64,000 nt of DNA from Phyllobates terribilis (GCF_046119375.1 NW_027362763.1:781076001-781140000), one strand, 5' to 3'; shown: positions 1 through 14,400, numbered from the stretch's first letter. Notes: generated from the sequence alone by a model not told the origin. Made by a program: numbers and translations.

Positions 1-2
1 AC

Positions 3-849
3 CGCTCAGGAAGGAGACGGGTTCTGTGTCCCAGAGATGATCGTGCTTTGGTCCGACATGTGCATATCAGCCCAAGAACAAAAGCAAAAGACCTTGTGAA
101 GATGATGGCGGAAGCTGGTAAGATTGTGTCAATATAAACAGTGAAACAAATATTGTATCAGCATGGGCTGAAAGGCCACTCTGCCAGGGAGAAGCCATTA
201 CCCCAAAAGAAACATAAAAAAAGCCAGATTAATGTTTGCAAATGCACACAGGAACAAAGACCTTAATTTTTGGAGACATGTCCTGTGGTCTGATGAAACT
301 AAAATTGAACTTTTTGGGCATAACGACCATCGTTATGTTTGGAGGAAAAAGGGAGAAGCTGGGAAGTCTAAAAACACCATTCCAACTGTGAAACACGGCA
401 TCATGTTTTGGGGTAGTTTTGCTGCAGGATGGGACTGGTGCACTTCACAAAATAGATGGCATCATAAGAAAAGAAGATTATGTGGCAATACTGAAGCAAC
501 ATCTCAAGACATCAGCCATGAAGTTAAAGCTTGTGTGGAAATGGGTCTTCCAAATGGACACTGACCCAAAGTATACTACCAAAACGGTAACAAACTGGCT
601 TAAGGATAACAAAGTCAATGTTTTGGAGTGGCCGTCAAGAAGCCCTGATCTCAATCCTATTGAAAATGTATGGGCAAAGCTGAAAAGGCAGGTGCGAGCA
701 AGGCGACCTACAAACCTGGATCAGTTACACCAGTTTTGTCAGGAGGAATGGGCCCAAATTCCGACCAACTATTGTGAGAAGCTTGTGGAAGGATATCCCA
801 AACGTTTGACCTACGTCATTCAGTTTAAGGGCAATGGTACTAAATACTG
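3..849 (+). pseudogene. SB-like Tc1 transposase pseudogene
   Basis: In-frame TAA at 135-137, +1 frameshift in the A-run at 216-222, small deletion/frameshift near 398-430. The two ORF-track pieces (232-564, 419-880) carry the DDE motifs. Confidence 0.88.
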
Positions 850-1020
850 CAAAGTCAAAAGTTTACATACATTTCTTTAGTAAGTAATAAAAATTTCTTA
901 AAACATTCTCTCTCTCATTATTCTGGCAATTGACAAACATTAAAAATGATGGTAATCCTAGTTGACCTAAAACGGAAAGGTTTATTCTGATTTCATGTCA
1001 GATATTGAGAAAAACATGTA

Positions 1021-2671
1021 CAGTTATATGAAAAAGTTTGGGCACCCCTATTAATCTTAAGCTTATTGTTTTATAAAAATTGGTGTTTTTGCAACAGCTA
1101 TTTCAGTTTGATATATGTAATAACTGTTGGACACAGTAATGTTTCTGCCTTGAAATGAGGTTTATTGTACTAACAGAAAATGTGCAATCTGCATTCAATC
1201 AAAATTTGACAGGTGCATAAGTATGGGCACCCTTATCATTTTCTTGTTTTAAATATTCCTACCTACTTTTTACTGACGTACTAAAGCACTTTTTTTGGTT
1301 TTGTAACCTCATTGAGCTTTGAACTTCATAGCCAGGTGTATGCAATCATGAGAAAAGTTGCTTAAAGTGGCCACTTGCAAGTTGTTCTCCTGTTTGAATC
1401 TCCTCTGAAGAGTGGCATCATGGGCTCCTCAAAACAACTGTCAAATGATCTGAAAACAAAGATTATTCAACATAGTTGTTCAGGGGAAGGATACAAAAAG
1501 CTGTCTCAGAGATTTAACCTGTCAGTTTCCACTGTGAGGAACATAGTAAGGAAATGGAAGAACACAGGGACAGTTCTTGTTAAGGCCAGAAGTGGCAGGC
1601 CAAGAAAAACATCAGAAAGGCAGAGAAGAAGAATGGTGAGATCAGTCAAGGACAATCCTCAGACCACCTCCAGAGAGCTGCAGCATCAACTTGCTGCAGA
1701 TGGTGTCACTGTGCATCGGTCAACTATACAACGCACTTTGCACAAGGAGAAGCTGTATGGGAGAGTGATGCGAAAGAAGCCGTTTCTGCAAGCACACCAC
1801 AAACAGAGTCGGCTGAGGTATGCAAAAGCACATTTGGAGAAGCCAATTTCTTTTTGCAAGAAGGTCCTGTGGACTGATGAAACCAAGATTGAGTTGTTTG
1901 GTCATACAAAAAGGCGTTATGCATGGCGGCAAAAAAACACAGCATTCCAAGAAAAACACTTGCTACCCACAGTAAAATTTGGTGGAGGTTCTATCATGCT
2001 TTGGGGCTGTGTGGCCAATGCCGGCACCGGGAATCTTGTTAAAGTTGAAGGACGCATGGATTCCACTCAGTATCAGCAGATTCTTGACAATAATGTTCAA
2101 GAATCAGTGATAAAGTTGAAGTTACGCAGGGGATGGATCTTTCAGCAAGACAATGATCCAAAACACCGCTCCAAATCGACTCAGGCATTCATGCAGAGGA
2201 ACAATTACAATGTTCTGGAATGGCCATCCCAGTCCCCAGACCTGAATATCATTGAACATCTGTGGGATCATTTGAAGAGGGCTGTCCATGCTCGGCGACC
2301 ATCAAACTTAACTGAACTGGAATTGTTTTGTAAAGAGGAATGGTCAAAAATACCTTCATCCAGGATCCAGGAACTCATTAAAAGCTACAGGAAGCGACTA
2401 GAGGCTGTTATTTTTGCAAAAGGAGGATCTACTAAATATTAATGTCACTTTTCTGGTGAGGTGCCCATACTTATGCACCTGTCAAATTTTGTTTGAATGC
2501 AGATTGCACATTTTCTGTTAGTACAATAAACCTCATTTCAAGGCAGAAACATTACTGTGTCCAACAGTTATTACATATATCAAACTGAAATAGCTGTTGC
2601 AAAAACACCAATTTTTATAAAACAATAAGCTTAAGATTAATAGGGGTTCCCAAACTTTTTCATATAACTTG
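1021..2671 (+). mobile_element. Intact Tc1 element of IR/DR type, TA target duplication
   Basis: TA at 1019-1020 and 2672-2673. TIRs of ~211 bp (1021-1231 / 2460-2671) differ at only ~3 positions. Each TIR has outer and inner direct repeats aagt(t/a)tgggcacc. Confidence 0.96.
1420..2442 (+). CDS. Tc1 family DD34E transposase, 340 aa, uninterrupted
   Basis: ATG at 1420 (MGSSKQLS...). Paired-like HTH region with GRPRK, then WTDETK, QQDNDPKH and SPDLNIIEHLW with exactly 34 residues between D and E. Ends GGSTKY*. Confidence 0.95.
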   Translation: MGSSKQLSNDLKTKIIQHSCSGEGYKKLSQRFNLSVSTVRNIVRKWKNTGTVLVKARSGRPRKTSERQRRRMVRSVKDNPQTTSRELQHQLAADGVTVHRSTIQRTLHKEKLYGRVMRKKPFLQAHHKQSRLRYAKAHLEKPISFCKKVLWTDETKIELFGHTKRRYAWRQKNTAFQEKHLLPTVKFGGGSIMLWGCVANAGTGNLVKVEGRMDSTQYQQILDNNVQESVIKLKLRRGWIFQQDNDPKHRSKSTQAFMQRNNYNVLEWPSQSPDLNIIEHLWDHLKRAVHARRPSNLTELELFCKEEWSKIPSSRIQELIKSYRKRLEAVIFAKGGSTKY

Positions 2672-3228
2672 TATATGTGTCTTTTTATATAGTGTATGTA
2701 AACTTCTGGTTTCAACTGTAGGTTGTTTTATGTAAAGTCAACTGAATATTTTATCATTAGGTCATGAACCCTCTTATGCATTTTATAGTTTCTTTTTCTT
2801 ATATGACATTTTAATATTGCCACCCCCCCCCCAACAGACAAAAATATTAAAAGGTAAATATGTCATTTATGCCTATCCAATTACACCACCCAGCAGTCCT
2901 CACAAAATTAAACATAATGGCAGAATTTTTGGTCACACACAGGTATCTTAAACGGGTTGTCTGAAGAGCCAGATTTACACGTTTCTACGCCCTAGGCCAA
3001 AGCAGATACTTCTGCGCCCCCTCTCCCCTTCAAAAAGTTGATTAGAAATGTATTGATTGGAAAGTTATCACGCCCTCTTAAACAAACTTCACCATCATGA
3101 GCCTCATCAGATTGAAGTTTCCTGAGAATTGAATGCTTTTCATCACGCTCATATACTTTCTTTTCAGAAATGTTGAGAGCTTTTTCCTCATAAAGTAACC
3201 TTCTCGCAGTTCTATCAAGAACTTTACT

Positions 3229-3503
3229 ATAATGTTCATCCAGGCCAAATGTGCTCCCAAGAAGCCAGTGAATACTATGGGTATATATTCTCCAAACGAT
3301 CTTTATTCCTCAAGTACATACAACGCGTTTTGACAAGATTATGCCTTCCTCAGGTATATTCTCAGTTTAAGAATATACCTGAGGAAGACATAATCTTGTC
3401 GAAACGCGTTGTATTTACTTGAGGAATAAAGATCGTTTGGAGAATATATACCCACAGTATTCACTGGCTTCTTGGGAGTGCATTTGGCCTGGATGAACAT
3501 TAT
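3229..3503. repeat. Long near-perfect palindrome (134-bp arms, 7-nt loop)
   Basis: 3229-3362 is the reverse complement of 3370-3503 with ~6 mismatches; loop cagttta at 3363-3369. Confidence 0.95.
3369..3420 (+). ncRNA. Minimal type I hammerhead ribozyme (Penelope-like element type)
   Basis: aagaatatac-CTGAGGA-a-GACA-taatct-TGTC-GAAA-CGCG-TT-gtatttactt: CUGAnGA and GAAA cores, helix II, palindromic ACGCGT helix III and a pairable helix I. The mirror copy on the minus strand (3312-3362) has GAAA mutated to AAAA. Confidence 0.75.
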
Positions 3504-5408
3504 TGTCAAAATCTCTTTCCTATGATAACCCGAGCCACCAACCCGAGCCACCAGGTGTATGCAGCAAACTAACTGAAAGGAGAAAATCCCTTTCTTTGTG
3601 ATCCTTAGAGATCGGTAAGCTGAATTGAAAGACCAAATAAAGGTGAGTGCAAAAGACCATTTTGAATACTCCTATCACCGCAATATTTAGATTGGTGCGC
3701 TCTCTGTCTACCTTTCTCTCTTTTTTGTGAACAACTTTACTAGTGATTGGAGAACTTCGGCAACTTCAAAAACATTGACTACGTTTTGCACATACTCGTT
3801 CACTTGGTGTAATCTGAGCAGCCACCGTTCCCCAAAACTGTGCCATGAACGCTGTTTCAGGTCTTCACAACTTGATGAAAATACCTCTAGCTTCTGCTTG
3901 AGCTACTGATTTTTGGGTTTCATCACTTCCGAGGTATTTTTTTGAACATCTATGATGGCAGTAGATATGTAGAAGCCAGGCGATATGAGTGTAATGAATC
4001 ACTATTGCAACACCAAATCTGGAATTTTCCTTTAAAATATGGTTTACGCTGAGTGTGTGAGAGAGAAATAGCAAATGCTTTTTGCCTGTGATTTAGCAAG
4101 GCAGCGCAAGCTGTAGAGATGGGCACTTTTAATATGCCGCTCAATTTATTTAATGTATATGGATGTAAATTTAAACAGCATTTTATATGGCTTTTTCAAA
4201 ATAACACTGAAAAATTAGTAATTATTTGGTTATTTCTTCTATATATACGCCTCACTAACTGCTGCGCCCTAGGCCATGGCCTTGGTTGGCCGTATGAATA
4301 ATCCGACCCTGGTTGTCTGCATATTGGGACATTTTTTTTTCCCTTTTGAAAATATTTTTTTTTCCAATATACAGTGTAACACAGAGGCTGTAGAAAGCAA
4401 ACGGTGCAAATTTTTTAGCCCTAAATACATGCATCTAAGTAAAAAAATGTCCCCAAAAGGTGGACAACTCCTTTAAAGAGTTTCTACTGATACCTGCCAC
4501 GTTGCATGTGCAATCAGCAGGTTTTGTGCCCCTGTTCTACCCATTAGAATGACACTTTCATTTTCAATGAATACCTAAATTATTGGACCTTGTAGACTGA
4601 GTAGCATATGTTAATGTTGCAGCAACAACGTACAGTTCAATGCAAGTGAATAGGCTTTTGCAAAATCCTATTTACAAGAGGTGGAAAAAAATATTCAGAT
4701 AAGAGCTGGGGAATGAATTTTATTTTGTTTCCTTTTACCTGCTGCCATATAAATTGCTTTGAGAAATATTTGATGCATGGTAAACCTGCTGGATGCCCCC
4801 ACTTATCCACACAATACCTGAAATATAGTACATGGTTAACGCAGTATGTCACTTGGTTGCTAGGGGAGTATTCTGGCGTAACAGAAGAATATTTGAGGAA
4901 TGCAGAGCCTCCCAATGGTATTTATACAAATTAATAATAACCTGCCTCTTTCTTCCTCGCTCCTCCATCAAACAGGGTTAGGTGGGAGTGCTGGATTGGC
5001 AGTGAACACTATGAGGAATGCAAGTTGAAAGAGAATAGTTTGCTATCTTATACAGTCAAACTGTGTTTCTCTAGATTTTTAGGCCAAGTATGCTTTTAAT
5101 TAATGTCAGGATTTCTGTGAGATTGGAATACCAATCCACTGCTTTGCTACAGTTTGCACAATGCATTAATTCAGACCTCAGCATGAGCCACAGAATCGTA
5201 GGAGCAAATCAGTAATAAAAGGTATAGAACCCCTTTTGACAATACATATGTGTTAGAAAATGTCTGACAGGCTGACAGTCCGCGATCTTATCTGCGCTGT
5301 TTTTCACTAAAACAAACCAGATGTGAACATGGCATGCTTGAATCAATTAACTAAATACTAGCAATTTTATATTTTAAAGGGTAATCATCATGTCTATAAT
5401 GATGTATG

Positions 5409-8400
5409 GAATACAGGTAATACACAAGAATACAGGTAATATACAAGAATACAGGTATTACACAGGAATACAGGTATTACACAGGAATGAATACAGGTAA
5501 TCTACAAGAATACAGGTATTACACAAGAATACAGGTAATCTACAAGAATACAGGTAGTACACAAGAATACAGGTAATATACAAGAATACAGGTAGTACAC
5601 AGAAATACAGGTAATCTACAAGAATACAGGTATTACACAAGAATACAGGTAATATACAAGAATACAGGTAGTACACAAGAATACATGTAATATACAAGAA
5701 TACAGGTAGTACACAGAAATACAGGTAATCTACAAGAATACAGGTATTACACAGGAATACAGGTACTATACAAGAATACAGGAAGTACACAGGAATACAG
5801 GTATTACACAGGAATGAATACAGGTAATCTACAAGAATACAGGTAGTACACAAGAATACAGGTAATATACAAGAATACAGGTAGTACACAAGAATACAGG
5901 TAATATGCAAGAATACAGGAAGTACACAGGAATACAGGTATTATACAAGAATACAGGTATTACACAAGAATACAGGTAATATACAAGAATACAGGTAGTA
6001 CACAAGAATACAGAAATACAGGTAATCTACAAGAATACAGGTATTACACAGGAATACAGGTAATATGCAAGAATACAGGAAGTACACAGGAATACAGGTA
6101 ATCTACAAGAATACAGGTATTACACAAGAATACAGGTAATATACAAGAATACAGGTAGTACACAAGAATACAGGTAATATACAAGAATACAGGTAGTACA
6201 CAAGAATACAGGTAATATACAAGAATACAGGTAGTACACAGAAATACAGGTAATCTACAAGAATACAGGTATTACACAGGAATACAGGTAATATACAAGA
6301 ATACAGGTAGTACACAAGAATACATGTAATCTACAAGAATACAGGTATTACACAGGAATACAGGTACTATACAAGAATACAGGAAGTACACAGGAATACA
6401 GGTATTACACAGGAATGAATACAGGTAATCTACAAGAATACAGGTAGTACACAAGAATACAGGTAATATACAAGAATACAGGTATTACACAGGAATACAG
6501 GTAATATGCAAGAATACAGGAAGTACACAGGAATACAGGTAATATACAAGAATACAGGTATTACACAAGAATACAGGTAATATACAAGAATACAGGTAGT
6601 ACACAAGAATACAGAAATACAGGTAATCTACAAGAATACAGGTATTACACAGGAATACAGGTAATCTACAAGAATACAGGTATTACACAAGAATACAGGT
6701 AATATACAAGAATACAGGTAGTACACAAGAATACAGGTAATATACAAGAATACAGGTAGTACACAAGAATACAGGTAATATACAAGAATACAGGTATTAC
6801 ACAAGAATACAGGTAATATACAAGAATACAGGTAGTACACAAGAATACAGAAATACAGGTAATCTACAAGAATACAGGTATTACACAGGAATACAGGTAA
6901 TCTACAAGAATACAGGTATTACACAAGAATACAGGTAATATACAAGAATACAGGTAGTACACAAGAATACAGGTAATATACAAGAATACAGGTAGTACAC
7001 AAGAATACAGGTAATATACAAGAATACAGGTAGTACACAGAAATACAGGTAATCTACAAGAATACAGGTATTACACAGGAATACAGGTAATATACAAGAA
7101 TACAGGTAGTACACAAGAATACAGGTAATATACAAGAATACAGGTAGTACACAAGAATACAGGTAATATACAAGAATACAGGTAGTACACAGAAATACAG
7201 GTAATCTACAAGAATACAGGTATTACACAGGAATACAGGTACTATACAAGAATACAGGAAGTGCACAGGAATACAGGTATTACACAGGAATGAATACAGG
7301 TAATCTACAAGAATACAGGTAGTACACAAGAATACAGGTAATATACAAGAATACAGGTATTACACAAGAATACAGGTAATATACAAGAATACAGGTATTA
7401 CACAGGAATACAGGTAATATACAAGAATACAGGAAGTACACAAGAATACAGGTAATCTACAAGAATACAGGTATTACACAAGAATACAGGTAATCTACAA
7501 GAATACAGGTAGTACACAAGAATACAGGTAATATACAAGAATACAGGTAGTACACAGAAATACAGGTAATCTACAAGAATACAGGTATTACACAGGAATA
7601 CAGGTAATATACAAGAATACAGGAAGTACACAGGAATACAGGTATTACACAGGAATGAATACAGGTAATCTACAAGAATACAGGTAGTACACAAGAATAC
7701 AGGTAATATACAAGAATACAGGTAGTACACAAGAATACAGGTAATATACAAGAATACAGGTATTACACAGGAATATAGGTAATATACAAGAATACAGGAA
7801 GTACACATGAATACAGGTATTACACAGGAATGAATACAGGTAATCTACAAGAATACAGGTAGTACACAAGAATACAGGTAATATACAAGAATACAGGTAG
7901 TACACAAGAATACAGGTAATATACAAGAATACAGGTATTACACAGGAATACAGGTATTACACAGGAATGAATACAGGTAATCTACAAGAATACAGGTATT
8001 ACACAAGAATACATGTAGTACACAAGAATACAGGTAGTACACAGGAATACAGGTAATATACAAGAATACAGGTAATATACAAGAATACAGGTATTACACA
8101 AGAATACAGGAAGTACACAGAAATACAGGTAATATACAAGAATACAGGTATTACACAGGAATACAGGTAATATACAAGAATACAGGAAGTACAGAAGAAT
8201 ACAGGTAGTACACAGGAATACAGGAAGTACACAGGAATACAGGTAATATACAAGAATACAGGTATTACACAGGAATACAGTTAGTACACAAGAATACAGG
8301 TAATATACAAGAATACAGGTATTACACAGGAATACAGGTAATCTACAAGAATACAGGTATTACACAAGAATACATGTAGTACACAAGAATACAGGTATTA

Positions 8401-11400
8401 CACAAGAATACATGTAGTACACAGAAATACAGGTAATATACAAGAATACAGGTATTACACAGGAGTACAGGTAATATACAAGAATACAGGTAGTACACAA
8501 GAATACAGGTAATATACAAGAATACAGGAAGTACACAGGAATACAGGTAGTACACAGGAATACAGGTAATCTACAAGAATACAGGTATTACAAAGGAATA
8601 CAGGTAATCTACAAGAATACAGGTATTACACAGGAATACAGGTCATATACAAGAATACAGGAAGTACACAAGAATACAGAGAGTACACAGGAATACAGGT
8701 ATTACACAGGAATACAAGTAATAAACAAGAATACAGGAAGTACAGAGGAATACAGGTAGTACACAATAATACAGGTATTACACAGGAGTACAGGTAATAT
8801 ACAAGAATACAGGTAGTACACAAGAATACAGGTAGTGCACAGGAATACGGGTAATATGCAAGAATACAGGAAATACACAGGAATACAGGTAGTACACAAG
8901 AATACAGGAAGTACACAGGAATACAGGTATTACACAGGAATACAGGTAATATACAAGAATAAGGAAGTACACAGGAATACAGGTATTACACAGGAATACA
9001 GGTAATATACAAGAATACAGGTATTACACAGGAATACAGGAAGTACACAGGAATACAGGTAATATACAAGAATAAGGAAGTACACAGGAATACAGGTATT
9101 ACACAGGAATACAGGAAATATACAAGAATACATCTATTACACAGGAATACAGGTATTACACAAGAATACAAGAAGAACACAAGAATACAGGAAGTGCACA
9201 AGAATACAGGAAGTACACAGGAGTACAGGTAATATACAAGAATACAGGAAGTACATAGGAATACAGGTAATACACAAGAATACAGATAGTACACAGGAAT
9301 ACAGGTATTACATAGGAATACAGGTAATATACAAGAATACAGGAAGTACACTAGAATACAGGTAGTACACAAGAATACAGGTATTACACAGGGATACAGG
9401 TAATATACAAGAATATAGGTAATCTACAAGAATACAGGAAGTACACAGGAATACAGGTAATATACAAGAATACAGGAAGTACACAGGAATGCAGGTATTA
9501 CACAGGAATACAGGTAATATACAAGAATACAAGAAGTACACAGGAATACAGGTATTACACAGGAATACAGGTAATATACAAGAATACAGGAAGTATACAA
9601 GAATACAGGTAGTACACAAGAATACAGGAATACAGGTAATATACAAGAATACAGGTAATATACAAGAATACAGGTATTACACAAGAATACAGGAAGTACA
9701 CAGAAATACAGGTAATATACAAGAATACAGGTATTACACAGGAATACAGGTACTATACAAGAATACAGGAAGTACACAGGAATACAGGTATTACACAGGA
9801 ATGAATACAGGTAATCTACAAGAACACAGGTAGTACACAAGAATACAGGTAATATACAAGAATACAGGTATTACACAGGAATACAGGTAATATGGAAGAA
9901 TACAGGAAGTACACAGGAATACAGGTAATCTACAAGAATACAGGTATTACACAAGAATACAGGTAATCTACAAGAATACAGGTAGTACACAAGAATACAG
10001 GTAATATACAAGAATACAGGTAGTACACAGAAATACAGGTAATCTACAAGAATACAGGTATTACACAGGAATACAGGTAATATACAAGAATACAGGAAGT
10101 ACACAGGAATACAGGTATTACACAGGAATGAATACAGGTAATCTACAAGAATACAGGTAGTACACAAGAATACAGGTAATATACAAGAATACAGGTAGTA
10201 CACAAGAATACAGGTAATATACAAGAATACAGGTATTACACAGGAATATAGGTAATATACAAGAATACAGGAAGTACACATGAATACAGGTATTACACAG
10301 GAATGAATACAGGTAATCTACAAGAATACAGGTAGTACACAAGAATACAGGTAATATACAAGAATACAGGTAGTACACAAGAATACAGGTAATATACAAG
10401 AATACAGGTATTACACAGGAATACAGGTATTACACAGGAATGAATACAGGTAATCTACAAGAATACAGGTATTACACAAGAATACATGTAGTACACAAGA
10501 ATACAGGTAGTACACAGGAATACAGGTAATATACAAGAATACAGGTATTACACAGGAGTACAGGTAATATACAAGAATACAGGTAGTACACAAGAATACA
10601 GGTAATATACAAGAATACAGGTATTACACAGGAATACAGGTATTACAGAGGAATACAGGTAATATACAAGAATACAGGTATTACACAAGAATACAGGAAG
10701 TACACAGAAATACAGGTAATATACAAGAATACAGGTATTACACAGGAATACAGGTAATATACAAGAATACAGGAAGTACAGAAGAATACAGGTAGTACAC
10801 AGGAATACAGGAAGTACACAGGAATACAGGTAATATACAAGAATACAGGTATTACACAGGAATACAGGTAGTACACAAGAATACAGGTAATATACAAGAA
10901 TACAGGTATTACACAGGAATACAGGTAATCTACAAGAATACAGGTATTACACAAGAATACATGTAGTACACAAGAATACAGGTATTACACAAGAATACAT
11001 GTAGTACACAGAAATACAGGTAATATACAAGAATACAGGTATTACACAGGAGTACAGGTAATATACAAGAATACAGGTAGTACACAAGAATACAGGTAAT
11101 ATACAAGAATACAGGAAGTACACAGGAATACAGGTAGTACACAGGAATACAGGTAATCTACAAGAATACAGGTATTACAAAGGAATACAGGTAATCTACA
11201 AGAATACAGGTATTACACAGGAATACAGGTCATATACAAGAATACAGGAAGTACACAAGAATACAGAGAGTACACAGGAATACAGGTATTACACAGGAAT
11301 ACAAGTAATAAACAAGAATACAGGAAGTACAGAGGAATACAGGTAGTACACAAGAATACAGGTATTACACAGGAGTACAGGTAATATACAAGAATACAGG

Positions 11401-14400
11401 TAGTACACAAGAATACAGGTAGTGCACAGGAATACGGGTAATATGCAAGAATACAGGAAATACACAGGAATACAGGTAGTACACAAGAATACAGGAAGTA
11501 CACAGGAATACAGGTATTACACAGGAATACAGGTAATATACAAGAATAAGGAAGTACACAGGAATACAGGTATTACACAGGAATACAGGTAATATACAAG
11601 AATACAGGTATTACACAGGAATACAGGTATTACACAGGAATACAGGAAGTACACAGGAATACAGGTAATATACAAGAATAAGGAAGTACACAGGAATACA
11701 GGTATTACACAGGAATACAGGAAATATACAAGAATACATCTATTACACAGGAATACAGGTATTACACAAGAATACAAGAAGAACACAAGAATACAGGAAG
11801 TGCACAAGAATACAGGAAGTACACAGGAGTACAGGTAATATACAAGAATACAGGAAGTACATAGGAATACAGGTAATACACAAGAATACAGATAGTACAC
11901 AGGAATACAGGTATTACATAGGAATACAGGTAATATACAAGAATACAGGAAGTACACTAGAATACAGGTAGTACACAAGAATACAGGTATTACACAGGGA
12001 TACAGGTAATATACAAGAATATAGGTAATCTACAAGAATACAGGAAGTACACAGGAATACAGGTAATATACAAGAATACAGGAAGTACACAGGAATGCAG
12101 GTATTACACAGGAATACAGGTAATATACAAGAATACAAGAAGTACACAGGAATACAGGTATTACACAGGAATACAGGTAATATACAAGAATACAGGAAGT
12201 ATACAAGAATACAGGTAGTACACAAGAATACAGGAATACAGGTAATATACAAGAATACAGGTAATATACAAGAATACAGGTATTACACAAGAATACAGGA
12301 AGTACACAGAAATACAGGTAATATACAAGAATACAGGTATTACACAGGAATACAGGTACTATACAAGAATACAGGAAGTACACAGGAATACAGGTATTAC
12401 ACAGGAATGAATACAGGTAATCTACAAGAACACAGGTAGTACACAAGAATACAGGTAATATACAAGAATACAGGTATTACACAGGAATACAGGTAATATG
12501 GAAGAATACAGGAAGTACACAGGAATACAGGTAATCTACAAGAATACAGGTATTACACAAGAATACAGGTAATATACAAGAATACAGGTAGTACACAAGA
12601 ATACAGGTAATATACAAGAATACAGGTAGTACACAAGAATACAGGTAATATACAAGAATACAGGTAGTACACAGAAATACAGGTAATCTACAAGAATACA
12701 GGTATTACACAGGAATACAGGTAATATACAAGAATACAGGTAGTACACAAGAATACAGGTAATATACAAGAATACAGGTAGTACACAAGAATACAGGTAA
12801 TATACAAGAATACGGGTAGTACACAGAAATACAGGTAATCTAGAAGAATACAGGTATTACACAAGAATACAGGTAATATACAAGAATACAGGTAGTACAC
12901 AAGAATACAGGTAATATACAAGAATACGGGTAGTACACAGAAATACAGGTAATCTACAAGAATACAGGTATTACACAGGAATACAGGTACTATACAAGAA
13001 TACAGGAAGTGCACAGGAATACAGGTATTACACAGGAATGAATACAGGTAATCTACAAGAATACAGGTAGTACACAAGAATACAGGTAATATACAAGAAT
13101 ACAGGTATTACACAAGAATACAGGTAATATACAAGAATACAGGTATTACACAGGAATACAGGTAATATACAAGAATACAGGAAGTACACAGGAATACAGG
13201 TAATCTACAAGAATACAGGTATTACACAAGAATACAGGTAATCTACAAGAATACAGGTAGTACACAAGAATACAGGTAATATACAAGAATACAGGTAGTA
13301 CACAGAAATACAGGTAATCTACAAGAATACAGGTATTACACAGGAATACAGGTACTATACAAGAATACAGGTAGTACACAGGAATACAGGTATTACACAG
13401 GAATGAATACAGGTAATCTACAAGAATACAGGTAGTACACAAGAATACAGGTAATATACAAGAATACAGGTAGTACACAAGAATACAGGTAATATACAAG
13501 AATACAGGTATTACACAGGAATATAGGTAATATACAAGAATACAGGAAGTACACAGGAATACAGGTATTACACAGGAATGAATACAGGTAATCTACAAGA
13601 ATACAGGTAGTACACAAGAATACAGGTAATATACAAGAATACAGGTAGTACACAAGAATACAGGTAATATACAAGAATACAGGTATTACACAGGAATATA
13701 GGTAATATACAAGAATACAGGAAGTACACAGGAATACAGGTATTACACAGGAATGAATACAGGTAATCTACAAGAATACAGGTAGTACACAAGAATACAG
13801 GTAATATACAAGAATACAGGTAGTACACAAGAATACAGGTAATATACAAGAATACAGGTATTACACAGGAATACAGGTATTACACAGGAATGAATACAGG
13901 TAATCTACAAGAATACAGGTATTACACAAGAAAACATGTAGTACACAAGAATACAGGTAGTACACAGGAATACAGGTAATATACAAGAATACAGGTATTA
14001 CACAGGAGTACAGGTAATATACAAGAATACAGGTATTACCAAGAATACAGGTAATATACAAGAATACAGGTATTACACAGGAATACAGGTATTACAGAGG
14101 AATACAGGTAATATACAAGAATACAGGTAATATACAAGAATACAGGTATTACACAAGAATACAGGAAGTACACAGAAATACAGGTAATATACAAGAATAC
14201 AGGTATTACACAGGAATACAGGTAATATACAAGAATACAGGAAGTACAGAAGAATACAGGTAGTACACAGGAATACAGGAAGTACACAGGAATACAGGTA
14301 ATATACAAGAATACAGGTATTACACAGGAATACAGGTAGTACACAAGAATACAGGTAATATACAAGAATACAGGTATTACACAGGAATACAGGTAATCTA

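Larger units (their letters stand above)
1..2718 (+). mobile_element. Decayed Sleeping-Beauty-like Tc1/mariner element (5' part outside the window), right inverted repeat interrupted by a younger Tc1
   Basis: Translation closely follows SB transposase (RSGRRRVLCPRDDRALVR..., WSDETKIELFGHNDHRYVWRKKGEA, EWPSRSPDLNPIENVW, FKGNGTKY). An SB-type right end agtgtatgtaaacttctggtttcaactg ends at 2718 and is followed by TA. Confidence 0.9.
2952..4472. mobile_element. Possible T2/Kolobok-type TTAA-flanked non-autonomous element with nested hAT-like and Penelope-like pieces
   Basis: ttaa|acgggttgtc at 2948 and gacaactcct|ttaa at 4476. hAT-like ends (gagccagattt...gccctaggcc near 2966; gccctaggcc...ccgaccctg ending near 4311) lie inside. 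Pairing of these ends is uncertain. Confidence 0.35.

Noticed and set aside
3078-3260. 60-aa minus-strand ORF next to the palindrome as a GIY-YIG tail
   Set aside because: No GIY-YIG or other conserved residues are recognisable.
3865-3950. Second hammerhead-like hairpin (ttgatgaaaatacctc...gaggtatttt)
   Set aside because: The core lacks a correct CUGAnGA and GAAA; at best a decayed remnant.
4850-5080. Possible host exon (pyrimidine tract + cag at ~4975)
   Set aside because: No matching donor, no recognisable protein and no other exons nearby.
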